Assembly (NCBI GenBank): GCA_023249095.1
Contig: JAHFDK010000011.1
Coordinates: 1,165-65,164, forward strand
DNA: 64,000 bases
Origin: Candidatus Rokuibacteriota bacterium
GTDB taxonomy: Bacteria > Methylomirabilota > Methylomirabilia > Rokubacteriales > CSP1-6
Direction: 5' to 3'
This document shows positions 52,049-62,906 of this stretch, piece after piece. Below the pieces are notes generated by a model. That model made no database searches. It saw nothing but the letters and a program-made list of their open reading frames with translations, and was not told where the DNA came from. Numbering within the stretch: position 1 is the stretch's first letter; each line of letters opens with the position of its first letter. The position numbers and the translations under genes are program-made.

Positions 52049-52993
52049 ATGGGCACGCTCGATCGGCCGCGAGGAGACGGCGTGACGGAGACCAAGTTCA
52101 CGATCATCGACGGCGGGCGAGTGGCTGAGGTCGGCGAGCGAGAAGGCGTCGAGCTCGCGAAGCGAGCGGAGGCCATGGGGCGTCCGGTAGCGGTCGCCCG
52201 CGACGAGGGGGTCGCCTACCTGGGCACGAGCGCCCGCGAGCGGGCGAAGGTGCTCGCCTCGCTCGAAGCGCCGGACTTTACGCTCCCTGACCTCGACGGA
52301 CGGGTGCACACGCTCTCCCGGCACCGCGGTACGAAGGTGCTCCTGGTCGCCTATGGCTCGTGGTGAGGGTGCCGCCTCGACCTGCCGGTCTGGCAGGCGG
52401 TGTACGAGGAGCTGCGAGGGTACGGCTTCACCGTCATCACGGTGGCGCTCGACCGGAGCGCCGAGGACGCGCGTCCCTGGATCGAGGCGGCGAAGCCCGC
52501 GCACCCGTCACTGATCGACACCGCGCACATGCTCGCCGACCTCTACAACATCGTGAACGTGCCGACGATCCTCTGGATCGACGAGCGCGGGCGGATCGTC
52601 CGACCGAACGACGTCGCGTTCGGCACCGACATCTTCAAGTACATCACCGGGCTCGAGGCGGCCAGGCATCTCGCGGCGCTCCGTGCATGGGTGCGCGGCG
52701 AGGCGACGGCGCTGCCGGAGGCGCGCGCCCGTGCGCTCCAGTCGTTGCCGACGGACGGGGACCAGCAGGCGCGCGCCGAGTTCGGCCTGGGCGAATGGCT
52801 CTACACCAGGGGACGGACGGAGGCGGCCGGACGCCATTTCGTGAGAGCCGGCGAGTTAGCGCCCCACGACTTCACGATCCGACGCGGGACGATGCCGATG
52901 CGCGGGATCGATCCGATGGGGCCGAAGTTCCGCGAGATGCTCGGGGCGTGGGTCCAGGCAGGGAACCCTTACTATCGACCGTTACCGGAGTGA
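52049..52993 (+). CDS. Selenocysteine-containing redoxin (ResA/TlpA/AhpC-like, WUGC motif)
   Basis: ORFs 52049-52366 and 52400-52993 are in the same frame. Read-through of TGA 52364-52366 gives APDFTLPDLDG...LVAYGSW-U-GCRLDLPVWQ, a continuous thioredoxin fold. Confidence 0.85.
52367..52402 (+). promoter_or_regulatory. Bacterial SECIS element
   Basis: Hairpin CCTGCC-GGTCT-GGCAGG at 52381-52397, starting 15 nt after the UGA, with a lower stem TGCCG/CGGTG. The apical GGUCU resembles the E. coli fdhF SECIS. Confidence 0.75.
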
Positions 52994-52996
52994 CCA

Positions 52997-53989
52997 ATGG
53001 GAATGCTCAGCGGAAAGACAGCACTGGTGACAGGCGCCGGACGTGGCATCGGCCGCGGGATCGCGATCGCGCTCGCCGTGGCGGGCGCCAAGGTGGTCGT
53101 CAATGACCTGGGCGCCTCGCTCAGCGGGGAAGGCGTCGAGGCGACTCCCGCCCAGTCGGTCGTCAACGAGATCGTCAAGGCGGGCGGCACCGCGCAGCCC
53201 AACTACGGCTCGGTGGCGGACATCGCCCAGGCCGCCGCGATGGTCCAGCAGGCCATCGACGCGTGGGGCCGGATCGACATCGTGGTGCACGTCGCCGGCA
53301 TCTTGCGCGACCGGATGATCTTCAACATGACCGAGGCCGAATGGGACGCGGTGCTCGCCGTGCACCTCGATGGCATGTTCAACGTGGTGCGCGCCGCCTC
53401 CGGCTCGATGCGCGAACAGAAAGGAGGCCGCATCATCAGCATGTCGTCGGTGTCCGCCCTCGGCGCGCCCGGGCAGCCCAACTACGCGGCGGCGAAGGCC
53501 GGCATCATCGGCCTCACGTGGTCTACCGCGAACGCGATGGCGAAGTACGGCGTGACGGTGAACGCGATCATGCCGAGCGGCGCCACGCGCATGATCGACT
53601 CTACCCCACGCGGACGGCAGGTCTTCGAGTCGACCGGTAAGTGGCCGAGCGAGCTGGCCGCGGGAACCGACCGCGACCCCGACAACGTCGCGCCCATCGT
53701 CGTCTACCTGGCGAGCGACGCCGCCGCGAACGTGAACGGCCAGGTCTTCCACGCCCGGGGCTACGGCTACACGCTGCTCGCCCAGCCGCACGCCGTGCGG
53801 CACATCAGGGCCGATCGTCGCTGGGATCCCGAGGAGCTCGTGAAGATCTTCCCCGAGACGCTCGGCGCCAACCTCAAGCAGCCGCCGAGCATCGAATTCG
53901 GTCAGAAGCTCGACGAGCGCCCCGCGGACGAGTGGCGGGACCTCGGTGCGGGTCGGCGCTTCTGGAAGTCCCGCTACGAGGAGCCGTGA
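52997..53989 (+). CDS. Short-chain dehydrogenase/reductase
   Basis: TGAGRGIG, VVNDLG, GILRD, NYAAAK. Confidence 0.93.
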   Translation: MGMLSGKTALVTGAGRGIGRGIAIALAVAGAKVVVNDLGASLSGEGVEATPAQSVVNEIVKAGGTAQPNYGSVADIAQAAAMVQQAIDAWGRIDIVVHVAGILRDRMIFNMTEAEWDAVLAVHLDGMFNVVRAASGSMREQKGGRIISMSSVSALGAPGQPNYAAAKAGIIGLTWSTANAMAKYGVTVNAIMPSGATRMIDSTPRGRQVFESTGKWPSELAAGTDRDPDNVAPIVVYLASDAAANVNGQVFHARGYGYTLLAQPHAVRHIRADRRWDPEELVKIFPETLGANLKQPPSIEFGQKLDERPADEWRDLGAGRRFWKSRYEEP

Positions 53990-54468
53990 AGACCGTCCTC
54001 ATGGTGTGCCACGCCAACACCGCCCGGAGCGTGATGGCCCACGTGCTCCTGGAGCGGATGTTGGCGGGGCGCGGTGTCGACGGCGCCATCCGCGTCAGAT
54101 CGGGAGGGATCGCCAACTACGCGCGGGACGGCATGCTCGCCTCGCTCGACGCGCGCCTGGCGTTGCGCGAGGAGGGCATCCATCTGGCCGAGGAGGACTT
54201 TGCCTCGACCGACCTGAAGCGCCACCGCCACCTCCTCGCCGAGGCGGACCTGATCCTGACGATGACCGCGCTCCAGAAGCAGATGCTCGGCGCGTTCGCC
54301 GAGGCTCACGATCGGTCCGTGTTCACGCTCCGGGAATTCGCCGGCGAGGCGGGCGACATCGACGATCCCGCCACTCAGGGCGAGGACGTCTTCCGGGCGT
54401 GCCGCGACGAGATCAAGCGTTGCCTGGAAAAGTCGGTGGGCCGGCTACTGATGATATTGTCGGGCTGA
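53986..54468 (+). CDS. Low-molecular-weight protein tyrosine phosphatase/ArsC-like protein
   Basis: VCHANTARS P-loop, ADLILTM, DIDDP. GTG overlaps the SDR stop. Confidence 0.85.
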   Translation: MKTVLMVCHANTARSVMAHVLLERMLAGRGVDGAIRVRSGGIANYARDGMLASLDARLALREEGIHLAEEDFASTDLKRHRHLLAEADLILTMTALQKQMLGAFAEAHDRSVFTLREFAGEAGDIDDPATQGEDVFRACRDEIKRCLEKSVGRLLMILSG

Positions 54469-54524
54469 ACGCGGAGGGGACTGGATGACTTTGCCGTACC
54501 GCACCGGCGGCCCATGAGAGACGC

Positions 54525-57431
54525 ATGACGCCTGGCGGTCGCCTTTTCCGGAAGTATGTGATCGTCTTTGCGGGTCTCGTGAGCGGGGCCCTCCTCATGT
54601 CCGGGCTCACCGAGATCTACTTCTCCTACCGGGAAAACCGGGAAGCACTCGTCGCCCTCCAGCGCGAGAAGGCGCTCAGCGTGGCGTCACGAATCGAAGG
54701 GTTCATCAAGGAAATCGAGCGGCAGATCGGCTGGACGACCCAGCCGCAGCTCGGCGCTGCGTCCGCCGCCATGTACCAGCGCCGCGTCGACTACCTGCGC
54801 CTCCTGCGCCAAGCCCTGATGATTACCGAGATCAGCCATCTCGACGGAGAGGGGCGAGAGCAGCTGCGCGTCTCGCGTCTCGCGATGGACGTCGCCGGCA
54901 GCCAGACCGATTTCTCGCGCGAGCCGGAGTTTGTCGAGGCCAAGGCCGGGAAGGTCTACCACGGGCCGGTGTACTTCCGGAAGGAGTCCGAGCCCTACAT
55001 GACGATCGCGATGGCCGGGAGCGGCCAGGGTGCCGGCGTCACTGTGGCCCAGGTGAACCTGAAATTCATCTGGGACGTCGTCTCCCAGATCAAGATCGGC
55101 AAGGCCGGCCACGCCTTCGTCCTCGATGGCCAGGGCGTCCTCATCGCGCACCCGGACATCAGCCTCGTGCTCCAGAAGACGACCTTCGCCGGGCTCGACC
55201 AGGTCAAAGCCGCCCTGGCCGGCGGGCGGCTGGCCCCGGGCGAGCCGCGGGAGCAGGTCACGATCGCGCGCGATCTCAAGGGCCGGAGCGTGATGACCGC
55301 GTACGCCACGATCGCGCCGTTGCGGTGGTCGGTCTTCGTCGAGCAGCCGCTGGGGGAGGCGTTCGAGACGCTCTATGCCTCGATCCAGCGCACGATCGGT
55401 CTCCTCGCTCTGGGCGTGTTGCTGGCGGTCGCCGCCAGTCTCCTCCTGGCACGGCGGATGGTCACGCCCATCCAGGCGCTCCAGGCCGGTGCCGCCCGGA
55501 TCGGCGCGGGCGAGCTAGACCAGCGGATCGACGTCCGAACGGGCGACGAGGTGGAGGCGCTGGCCGACCAGTTCAACAGCATGGCCGCCCAGCTCAAGGA
55601 GTCATACGCGGGGCTCGAGCGCAAGGTCGAGGCGCGGACGCGCGAGCTGACGGAATCGCTCGAGCAGCAGACGGCGACCGCCGAGATCCTGCGCGTCATC
55701 TCGAGCTCGCCGACGGACCTGCAGCCGGTGATGGACGCGGTGGCGGAGAATGCCGCGCGGGTGTGCGGAGCGAACGATGCGAGCATCTTGCGCATCGAGG
55801 GCGACGTGCTGCGGAGGGTCGCCCGGTTCGGATCGCTCCCGACGCTTGTGCCAGACGTGATCCCTGTCAGCCGGGATTTCCCGAGCGCGCGGTCCTTCAT
55901 CGAGCGCCGGACGATCCACATCGCCGACATCATGCCCTTGCTCGAGACGGAGTACCCCGCGGTCAAGAGTGCCGCGACCGCGGGCTGGCCTCGCACCCAC
56001 CTGGCCACGCCCCTGATGCGCGAGGGAATGCCGATCGGTGTCATTCTGATTCGACGGGCGGCGGTGCAGCCGTTCACGGACAAGCAGATCGAGCTCCTCA
56101 AGACCTTCGCCGATCAGGCCGTGATCGCGATCGAGAACGTCCGGCTGTTCCAGGAATTGCAAACGCGGACGCGCGAGCTGGCCCGGTCGGTCGACGAGCT
56201 ACGGGCGCTCGGCGAGGTCGGCCGCGCCGTCAGCTCCACGCTGGACGTCGAGACCGTGCTCAACACGATCGTGTCCCGGGCGAGCCAGCTCGCGGGGGCT
56301 GACGGATGCACGATCTACGAGTACGACCGTGATGCCGAGGAGTTCCGCTTGCGGGCGGCCCACAACGCCGACGCGGGCTTCGTCGCGGCGATTCGCGCGG
56401 TGCCGCTCCGGAAGGGCGAGGGAGTCATGGGCCGCGCGGTGCAGATGCGCGAGCCGATTCAGATCCCGGACATCGCGGTGCCCGGAGCCTATCAGAGCCG
56501 TCTGCGCGATGTGCTGATCGGGGCCGGCTATCGCGCGCTTCTCTCCGTGCCGCTCGTGCGCGAAGACGAGATCATCGGGAGTCTCTCGCTGACTCGAAAA
56601 CTGCCCGGCGAGTTCCCGACCGAAGTGGTCGAGTTGCTCAGAACGTTCGCCACCCAGTCCGCGCTGGCTCTCCAGAACGCGCACCTCTTTCAGGAGATCG
56701 AGGAGAAGAGCCGCCAGCTCGAGGTCGCCAACCGCCACAAGTCCGAGTTCCTCGCCAGCATGTCGCACGAGCTCCGCACACCGCTCAACGCGGTCATCGG
56801 GTTCTCCGAGGTCCTGCTCGAGCGGATGTTCGGCGAGATCAATGACAAGCAAGACGAGTATCTGCAAGACATCCTGAGCTCCGGCCGCCATCTACTGTCG
56901 CTGATCAACGACATCCTCGACCTCGCGAAGATCGAGGCCGGTCGCATGGAGCTGGAGGTGGTCGACTTCCACCTCCCTCAGGCCATCGACAACGCGATCA
57001 CGCTGGTGCGCGAGCGCGCCGCGCGGCGGGCGATCACGCTCGCGATCGAGATCGACCCTCGGCTCGGCGAGATCAAGGGCGACGAGCGCAAGGTCAAGCA
57101 GGTGCTGCTGAATCTCCTGTCCAACGCGATCAAATTCACGCCCGAAGGGGGCCATGTGGGAGTTCAGGCCGGGCTTTCCGATGACTTCGCCGAGGTTGCG
57201 GTGACGGACACGGGCGTCGGGATCGCGCCCGAAGATCACGAGGCGGTCTTCGAGGAATTCCGCCAGGTCGGGACCGACTACGCCAAGAAGCACGAGGGCA
57301 CGGGCCTTGGGCTGACGCTCTCGCGACGGTTCGTCGAGCTCCACGGTGGCAAGATCTGGGTCAAGAGCCAGCTGGGCCAGGGAGCGACGTTCACCTTCAC
57401 ATTACCGGTGAAGCCATGGCAAACGAGCTGA
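54525..57431 (+). CDS. Sensor histidine kinase (TM-Cache-TM-HAMP-GAF-GAF-HisKA-HATPase)
   Basis: MSHELRTPLN, NLLSNAIKF, DTGVGI, GTGLGL. Two GAF repeats (QQTATAEIL.., FATQSALA). Confidence 0.95.
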   Translation: MTPGGRLFRKYVIVFAGLVSGALLMSGLTEIYFSYRENREALVALQREKALSVASRIEGFIKEIERQIGWTTQPQLGAASAAMYQRRVDYLRLLRQALMITEISHLDGEGREQLRVSRLAMDVAGSQTDFSREPEFVEAKAGKVYHGPVYFRKESEPYMTIAMAGSGQGAGVTVAQVNLKFIWDVVSQIKIGKAGHAFVLDGQGVLIAHPDISLVLQKTTFAGLDQVKAALAGGRLAPGEPREQVTIARDLKGRSVMTAYATIAPLRWSVFVEQPLGEAFETLYASIQRTIGLLALGVLLAVAASLLLARRMVTPIQALQAGAARIGAGELDQRIDVRTGDEVEALADQFNSMAAQLKESYAGLERKVEARTRELTESLEQQTATAEILRVISSSPTDLQPVMDAVAENAARVCGANDASILRIEGDVLRRVARFGSLPTLVPDVIPVSRDFPSARSFIERRTIHIADIMPLLETEYPAVKSAATAGWPRTHLATPLMREGMPIGVILIRRAAVQPFTDKQIELLKTFADQAVIAIENVRLFQELQTRTRELARSVDELRALGEVGRAVSSTLDVETVLNTIVSRASQLAGADGCTIYEYDRDAEEFRLRAAHNADAGFVAAIRAVPLRKGEGVMGRAVQMREPIQIPDIAVPGAYQSRLRDVLIGAGYRALLSVPLVREDEIIGSLSLTRKLPGEFPTEVVELLRTFATQSALALQNAHLFQEIEEKSRQLEVANRHKSEFLASMSHELRTPLNAVIGFSEVLLERMFGEINDKQDEYLQDILSSGRHLLSLINDILDLAKIEAGRMELEVVDFHLPQAIDNAITLVRERAARRAITLAIEIDPRLGEIKGDERKVKQVLLNLLSNAIKFTPEGGHVGVQAGLSDDFAEVAVTDTGVGIAPEDHEAVFEEFRQVGTDYAKKHEGTGLGLTLSRRFVELHGGKIWVKSQLGQGATFTFTLPVKPWQTS

Positions 57432-57799
57432 TCCTGATCGTCGAGGACAACGAGAAGAACCTCAAGCTGGTGCGAGACGTGCTCCAGTACAAGGGTTACC
57501 AGACGATCGAGGCGGGCACCGGCGAGGACGGCGTGCGGCTCGCACGGGAGCGCGGCCCCGCGCTCATCCTCATGGACATCCAGCTTCCCGGAATCGACGG
57601 CATCACTGCGCTCGGCCAGCTCCGCGCCGATCCGGCGACGCGCGCGATTCCGGTGATCGCGGTGACCGCGTCGGCCATGACCCAGGACCGCAAGAAGATC
57701 ATGGCCGCGGGCTTCGACGGCTACCAGACCAAGCCGATCAAGGTGCGGGAATTCATGGACGCGGTACGCGAGACGCTCGACCGCCGGGCCACAGGGTAG
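57416..57799 (+). CDS. Single-domain response regulator (DivK-like)
   Basis: IVEDN, LMDIQLPG, TASA, KP. Confidence 0.93.
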   Translation: MANELILIVEDNEKNLKLVRDVLQYKGYQTIEAGTGEDGVRLARERGPALILMDIQLPGIDGITALGQLRADPATRAIPVIAVTASAMTQDRKKIMAAGFDGYQTKPIKVREFMDAVRETLDRRATG

Positions 57800-57808
57800 C
57801 GCGTACCC

Positions 57809-58900
57809 ATGCCCGAGAAGATCCTCGTGGTCGACGACATGCCCGTCAACGTGAAGCTGCTCGCCGACCTCCTGACGGTGAAGGGGTACACGGTCGTCAC
57901 GGCCGCGAACGGTGCCGAGGCGCTCACGAAGGTCGACAAGGAGCAGCCCGGGCTCGTGCTGCTCGACGTCATGATGCCCGGGATGAGCGGCTACGACGCG
58001 TGCCGGAAGATCCGCGAGAACCCGGCGACGGCGATGCTCCCGATCATCATGGTGACGGCGCTCGACCCCGCGCAGGAGCGCGTGAAGGGCATCGAGGCCG
58101 GCGCCGACGACTTCCTGACCAAGCCCATCAACCAACCCGAGTTGCTGGCGCGCGTGAAGTCGCTGCTGCGGATCAAGCTGCTTCACGACGAGCTCGCCGA
58201 GTGGAACCGGACTCTCGAGCAGCGAGTGGAGCAGCAGCTCGCCCAGCTGAACCGGCTCGAGCGGCTCAAGCGCTTCTTCTCGCCCCAGCTCGCCGAGCTG
58301 ATCGTCAGCGGGGACACCGACGATCCGCTGAAGAGCCACCGGCGCGAGGTCACCGTGGTCTTCCTCGACCTGCGCGGCTTCACGGCCTTCGCCGAGACGT
58401 CCGAGCCGGAGGAGGTCATGGGCGTGCTGCGCGAGTACCACGCCGCGATGGGGCGGCTCATCCTGGAGCACGAGGGGACCCTCGAGCGCTTTACCGGCGA
58501 CGGGATGATGATCTTCTTCAACGACCCCGTACCGGTGCCCGACGCGCCGGAGCGTGCCGTCCGGATGGCGGTGGCGATGCGCGATCGGGTGGACGAGCTC
58601 CTCGTGAAGTGGCGCCGGCGCGGCTACGATCTCGACTTCGGGATCGGCATCGCCCAGGGGTACGCGACCATCGGCGCGATCGGCTTCGAGGGCCGCATGG
58701 ACTACGGTGCCATCGGTACCGTGACCAACCTGGCCGCGCGGCTCTGCGGCGAGGCCGGGCCGCGCCAGATCCTCATTGCGCAGCGCGTGCTCGGGGCGGT
58801 CGAGGCGCTGCTCGAGGTGGAGGAGCTGGGCGGCCTCACGCTGAAAGGCTTCTCGAAGCCCGTGGCCGCCTTCAACGTCCTCCAGCTGAAGGGATCCTGA
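57809..58900 (+). CDS. Response regulator fused to a class III nucleotidyl (adenylate/guanylate) cyclase
   Basis: REC domain (VVDD, LLDVMMP, TKP); FLDLRGFT, FTGDG, NLAARL. Confidence 0.92.
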   Translation: MPEKILVVDDMPVNVKLLADLLTVKGYTVVTAANGAEALTKVDKEQPGLVLLDVMMPGMSGYDACRKIRENPATAMLPIIMVTALDPAQERVKGIEAGADDFLTKPINQPELLARVKSLLRIKLLHDELAEWNRTLEQRVEQQLAQLNRLERLKRFFSPQLAELIVSGDTDDPLKSHRREVTVVFLDLRGFTAFAETSEPEEVMGVLREYHAAMGRLILEHEGTLERFTGDGMMIFFNDPVPVPDAPERAVRMAVAMRDRVDELLVKWRRRGYDLDFGIGIAQGYATIGAIGFEGRMDYGAIGTVTNLAARLCGEAGPRQILIAQRVLGAVEALLEVEELGGLTLKGFSKPVAAFNVLQLKGS

Positions 58901-58902
58901 GC

Positions 58903-59871
<969 letters not shown>

Positions 59872-59883
59872 CGCCCTAGTCGA

Positions 59884-60867
59884 TCACCTGGTCGTGGGGT
59901 CCGACAGCCAGCAACGGCTCGTCTGAGCGTCCGCGACGCGGAACTCGGGCGGCGCCTCCGAGCGGCAGCGGTCCATGACCTTGGGGCAGCGCGGGTGGAA
60001 CGCGCAGCCCGGAGGAGGCGCCGCCGGGTCCGGTGGCTGGCCGTCGATGGCGGTAAGCCGCTTCCGGTTGTCGCCGACCCGGGGGATGGACTCGAGAAGC
60101 GCCTGCGTGTAGGGGTGCGCCGGCGCGTTGTAGATCTGCCTAACCGGGCCGGCCTCGACCAGGCGGCCCGCGTACATCACCGCCACCTGGTCGCACATCT
60201 TGGCGACGATGCCGAGGTTGTGGGTGATGAAGATCAGCGCCAGGTTGTGATCGCGCTGGAGATCGCGAAGGAGCTTCAGGTACTGCGCCTGGATCGTGAG
60301 GTCGAGGCTCGTCGTGGGCTCATCGGCGATGAGGATCCGCGGCTCGCACGAGATCGCAATCGCCCCGACGATGCGCTGACGCATCCCACCGGAGAGCTGG
60401 TGGGGATACTCGCGCACGCGCGTTTCGGGCGCCGCGATGCGGACGGACTTCAAGAGCTCCGTCGCCCGATTCCACGCGCTGCCGCGGGACGCGCCCTCGT
60501 GGACGCGAATCGGCTCCGCCACCTGATCGCCGACGGTAAAGAGCGGGTTCAGCGACATCATCGGGTCCTGGAGGATCATCGCGATGCGCTTGCCGCGGAT
60601 CCGCCGTATCTCGCCGTCGGACTTCTTCATCAGATCGGCGCCCTCGAAGAAGATCTCGCCCGACACGATGCGGGCCGCGGGCGGGAGCAATCGCAGCAGC
60701 GTGAGCGCCAGCGTCGTCTTCCCCGAGCCCGACTCGCCGACGATCCCGAGCGTCCCGCCCACGTCGAGCACCAGCGAGACGTCGTCCACCGCCCGCGTCA
60801 CGCGCGTGCCGCGGGCGCTCACGTAGTGAGTGGAGAGATGCCTGACGTCGAGGAGCGGGCCGCTCAC
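59884..60867 (-). CDS. Oligopeptide/dipeptide ABC ATPase (DppD/OppD-like)
   Basis: GTG 60867 overlaps the permease stop. [24 protein letters not shown]. Confidence 0.93.
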   Translation of the reverse strand: MSGPLLDVRHLSTHYVSARGTRVTRAVDDVSLVLDVGGTLGIVGESGSGKTTLALTLLRLLPPAARIVSGEIFFEGADLMKKSDGEIRRIRGKRIAMILQDPMMSLNPLFTVGDQVAEPIRVHEGASRGSAWNRATELLKSVRIAAPETRVREYPHQLSGGMRQRIVGAIAISCEPRILIADEPTTSLDLTIQAQYLKLLRDLQRDHNLALIFITHNLGIVAKMCDQVAVMYAGRLVEAGPVRQIYNAPAHPYTQALLESIPRVGDNRKRLTAIDGQPPDPAAPPPGCAFHPRCPKVMDRCRSEAPPEFRVADAQTSRCWLSDPTTR

Positions 60868-61766
60868 AGCTGGCGGAGCTGTGGATCGAACTTCACCCGG
60901 AGCCAGTCCCCCAGGAGGTTCGCGGAGAGGACCATCAGCATGATGCAGGAGCCCGGCAGCACCGTCAGCCACCAGTATCCGGCCATCATGCCCTTCTTGC
61001 CGTCGGCCAGCATCAACCCCCACGCCGGCATGGGCGGCGGCACGCCGACTCCCAGGAACGAGAGCGTCGCCTCGGCGATGATCGCCTGGCCGAGCTGCAG
61101 GGTGGCCAGCACGATCGCGGAGTTGACCACGTTGGGCAGGATGTGGCGGCGCATGATCGTCCCCTTCGAGCAGCCCGCGACGACGGCCAGGCGCACGAAG
61201 TCCCGCTCCCTGACGGACAGCACTTCCGCCCGAACGACGCGCGCGTAGCGCGTCCAGTAGACGGCGGCCAGGATGATGATGATGTTGGACACGCTGGGCC
61301 CCAAGATGGCGGCCAGGAAGATCGCGAAGGTGACCCCGGGCAGGGCCAGCCAGGCGTCGGTGATGCGCATGATGACCTGATCCACCCAGCGGCCGAGATA
61401 GCCGGACATGATGCCGAGGAGGGTGCCGATGAACCCGGCCACGATCACGACGGTGAGGCCCACGATCACGGAGATCCGGGCGCCGAAGATGAGCCGCGAG
61501 AGCACGTCGCGCCCGAGGTGATCGGTCCCGAGGAGGTGGTCGATGGTGCCGTTCGCCTGCCACGCCGGCGGCCGGAAGCGGTCGCCCAGCACTCCGACCT
61601 CGGGATTGTGCGGGGCGAGCACATTCGCAAAGAGCGCCACCAGCATCACGGTCATGAGGATCGCGATCGGGATGAGCGGGAATCCTTCGGTGCGGAAGGC
61701 GGCCAGACGCCGGGGAAGGGTTAGGATCGCGGACGCGGACCGGCTGCTCGCTGCGCTACCGTTCAT
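60864..61766 (-). CDS. Oligopeptide/dipeptide ABC permease (DppC-like)
   Basis: LGTDHLGRD, YTRYARVVR..EFVRLA, EATLSFLGVG. Confidence 0.93.
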   Translation of the reverse strand: MNGSAASSRSASAILTLPRRLAAFRTEGFPLIPIAILMTVMLVALFANVLAPHNPEVGVLGDRFRPPAWQANGTIDHLLGTDHLGRDVLSRLIFGARISVIVGLTVVIVAGFIGTLLGIMSGYLGRWVDQVIMRITDAWLALPGVTFAIFLAAILGPSVSNIIIILAAVYWTRYARVVRAEVLSVRERDFVRLAVVAGCSKGTIMRRHILPNVVNSAIVLATLQLGQAIIAEATLSFLGVGVPPPMPAWGLMLADGKKGMMAGYWWLTVLPGSCIMLMVLSANLLGDWLRVKFDPQLRQL

Positions 61767-61774
61767 ATTCTCTC

Positions 61775-62695
61775 CTAGCCTTCATATCTGATCCTCGGGT
61801 CGATGACGGCGTACAGGATGTCCACGAGGAGATTGACGACGACGATCATCACGCCGCCGAGCAGAACCGTCGCCTGCACGACCGGGAAATCGCGGAAGGC
61901 GATGCCCTCGTAGAGCAGGCGGCCGACGCCCGGCCAGGCGAAGACGGTCTCTACGACGACCGCAACGTTGACCATGATCACGAGGTTGATCCCGGCCAGC
62001 GTGAGCACCGGGATCAGCGCGTTCTTGAAGGCGTGCTTGGAAATGACGAGCGCCTCCGGCAACCCCTTGAGCCGCGCGAGCTTCACGTACTCGGAGCCGA
62101 GCACGTCGAGCATCGACGAGCGCGTGAGCCGCATGTGGACGGCGGCGAAGAGCCACCCGAGCGAGATGGCGGGCATCACCAGGTGGAACACCGTCCCGGA
62201 TCCGGACGAAGGGAGCCAGCCGAGGTAAACCGAGAAGAAGAGGATCATGAGCAGCCCGACCCAGAATGACGGCATCGAGAGCCCGAGCAGCGCGAAGATC
62301 TTCCCCCCGCTGTCCCACCATTGGTTGACCCGCACCGCGGCGATGATCCCGGTCGGAATGCCGACGAGGAGCGAGAACGCCATCGCCGCCGAGGCCAGCA
62401 GCAGCGAAGCCGGCAGCCGTGAGAGATAGAGCTCGAAGACGTCCGTGCGGTAGTAGAACGATTGGCCGAAGTCCCCGCGGAGGAGATGCGTGAGGAAGCT
62501 CACGTACTGGGTCCAGAGGGGCCGGTCGAGGCCGAACTGCTGTCGAATCGCGTCGAGGTCCGCCGCGCTAGCGCCGGGCTCCGCGAGGAGCACGGCGGGA
62601 TCTCCCGTGATCCGCATCAAGAGGAAGATCGTTATCGAGAGGAGCAAGAGCGAGATGAGCGCCAACCCGAGCCGCTTGACGATGTACTTCTTCAT
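61775..62695 (-). CDS. Oligopeptide/dipeptide ABC permease (DppB-like)
   Basis: GLDRP..QY, GDFGQS, TRSSMLDVLGSEYVKLARLKG, KHAFKNA. Confidence 0.93.
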   Translation of the reverse strand: MKKYIVKRLGLALISLLLLSITIFLLMRITGDPAVLLAEPGASAADLDAIRQQFGLDRPLWTQYVSFLTHLLRGDFGQSFYYRTDVFELYLSRLPASLLLASAAMAFSLLVGIPTGIIAAVRVNQWWDSGGKIFALLGLSMPSFWVGLLMILFFSVYLGWLPSSGSGTVFHLVMPAISLGWLFAAVHMRLTRSSMLDVLGSEYVKLARLKGLPEALVISKHAFKNALIPVLTLAGINLVIMVNVAVVVETVFAWPGVGRLLYEGIAFRDFPVVQATVLLGGVMIVVVNLLVDILYAVIDPRIRYEG

Positions 62696-62801
62696 AGCAT
62701 CCTGTCCCTCACGGCCTGATCCTCAATAGAGTCTACCCGCATCACCGGCTGCGGACCCGACTACGGAGCGGAAGAGGTACGACCGCCCGAAAAGTGAAGG
62801 G

Positions 62802-62829
62802 ATTATGCCCGATTTTGTTTCGGTGTCAA
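62802..62829 (-). promoter_or_regulatory. Sigma70-type promoter for the dpp operon
   Basis: Minus strand: TTGACA (62829-62824), 16 nt, CATAAT (62807-62802). Confidence 0.55.
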
Positions 62830-62906
62830 TGGCCTGGCGCGTCAACGTCTTGGCGCGTCAACCCGGTTTGGACGCCGGCGGCCCGCCTGAGGGGATATCC
62901 GGTCGC

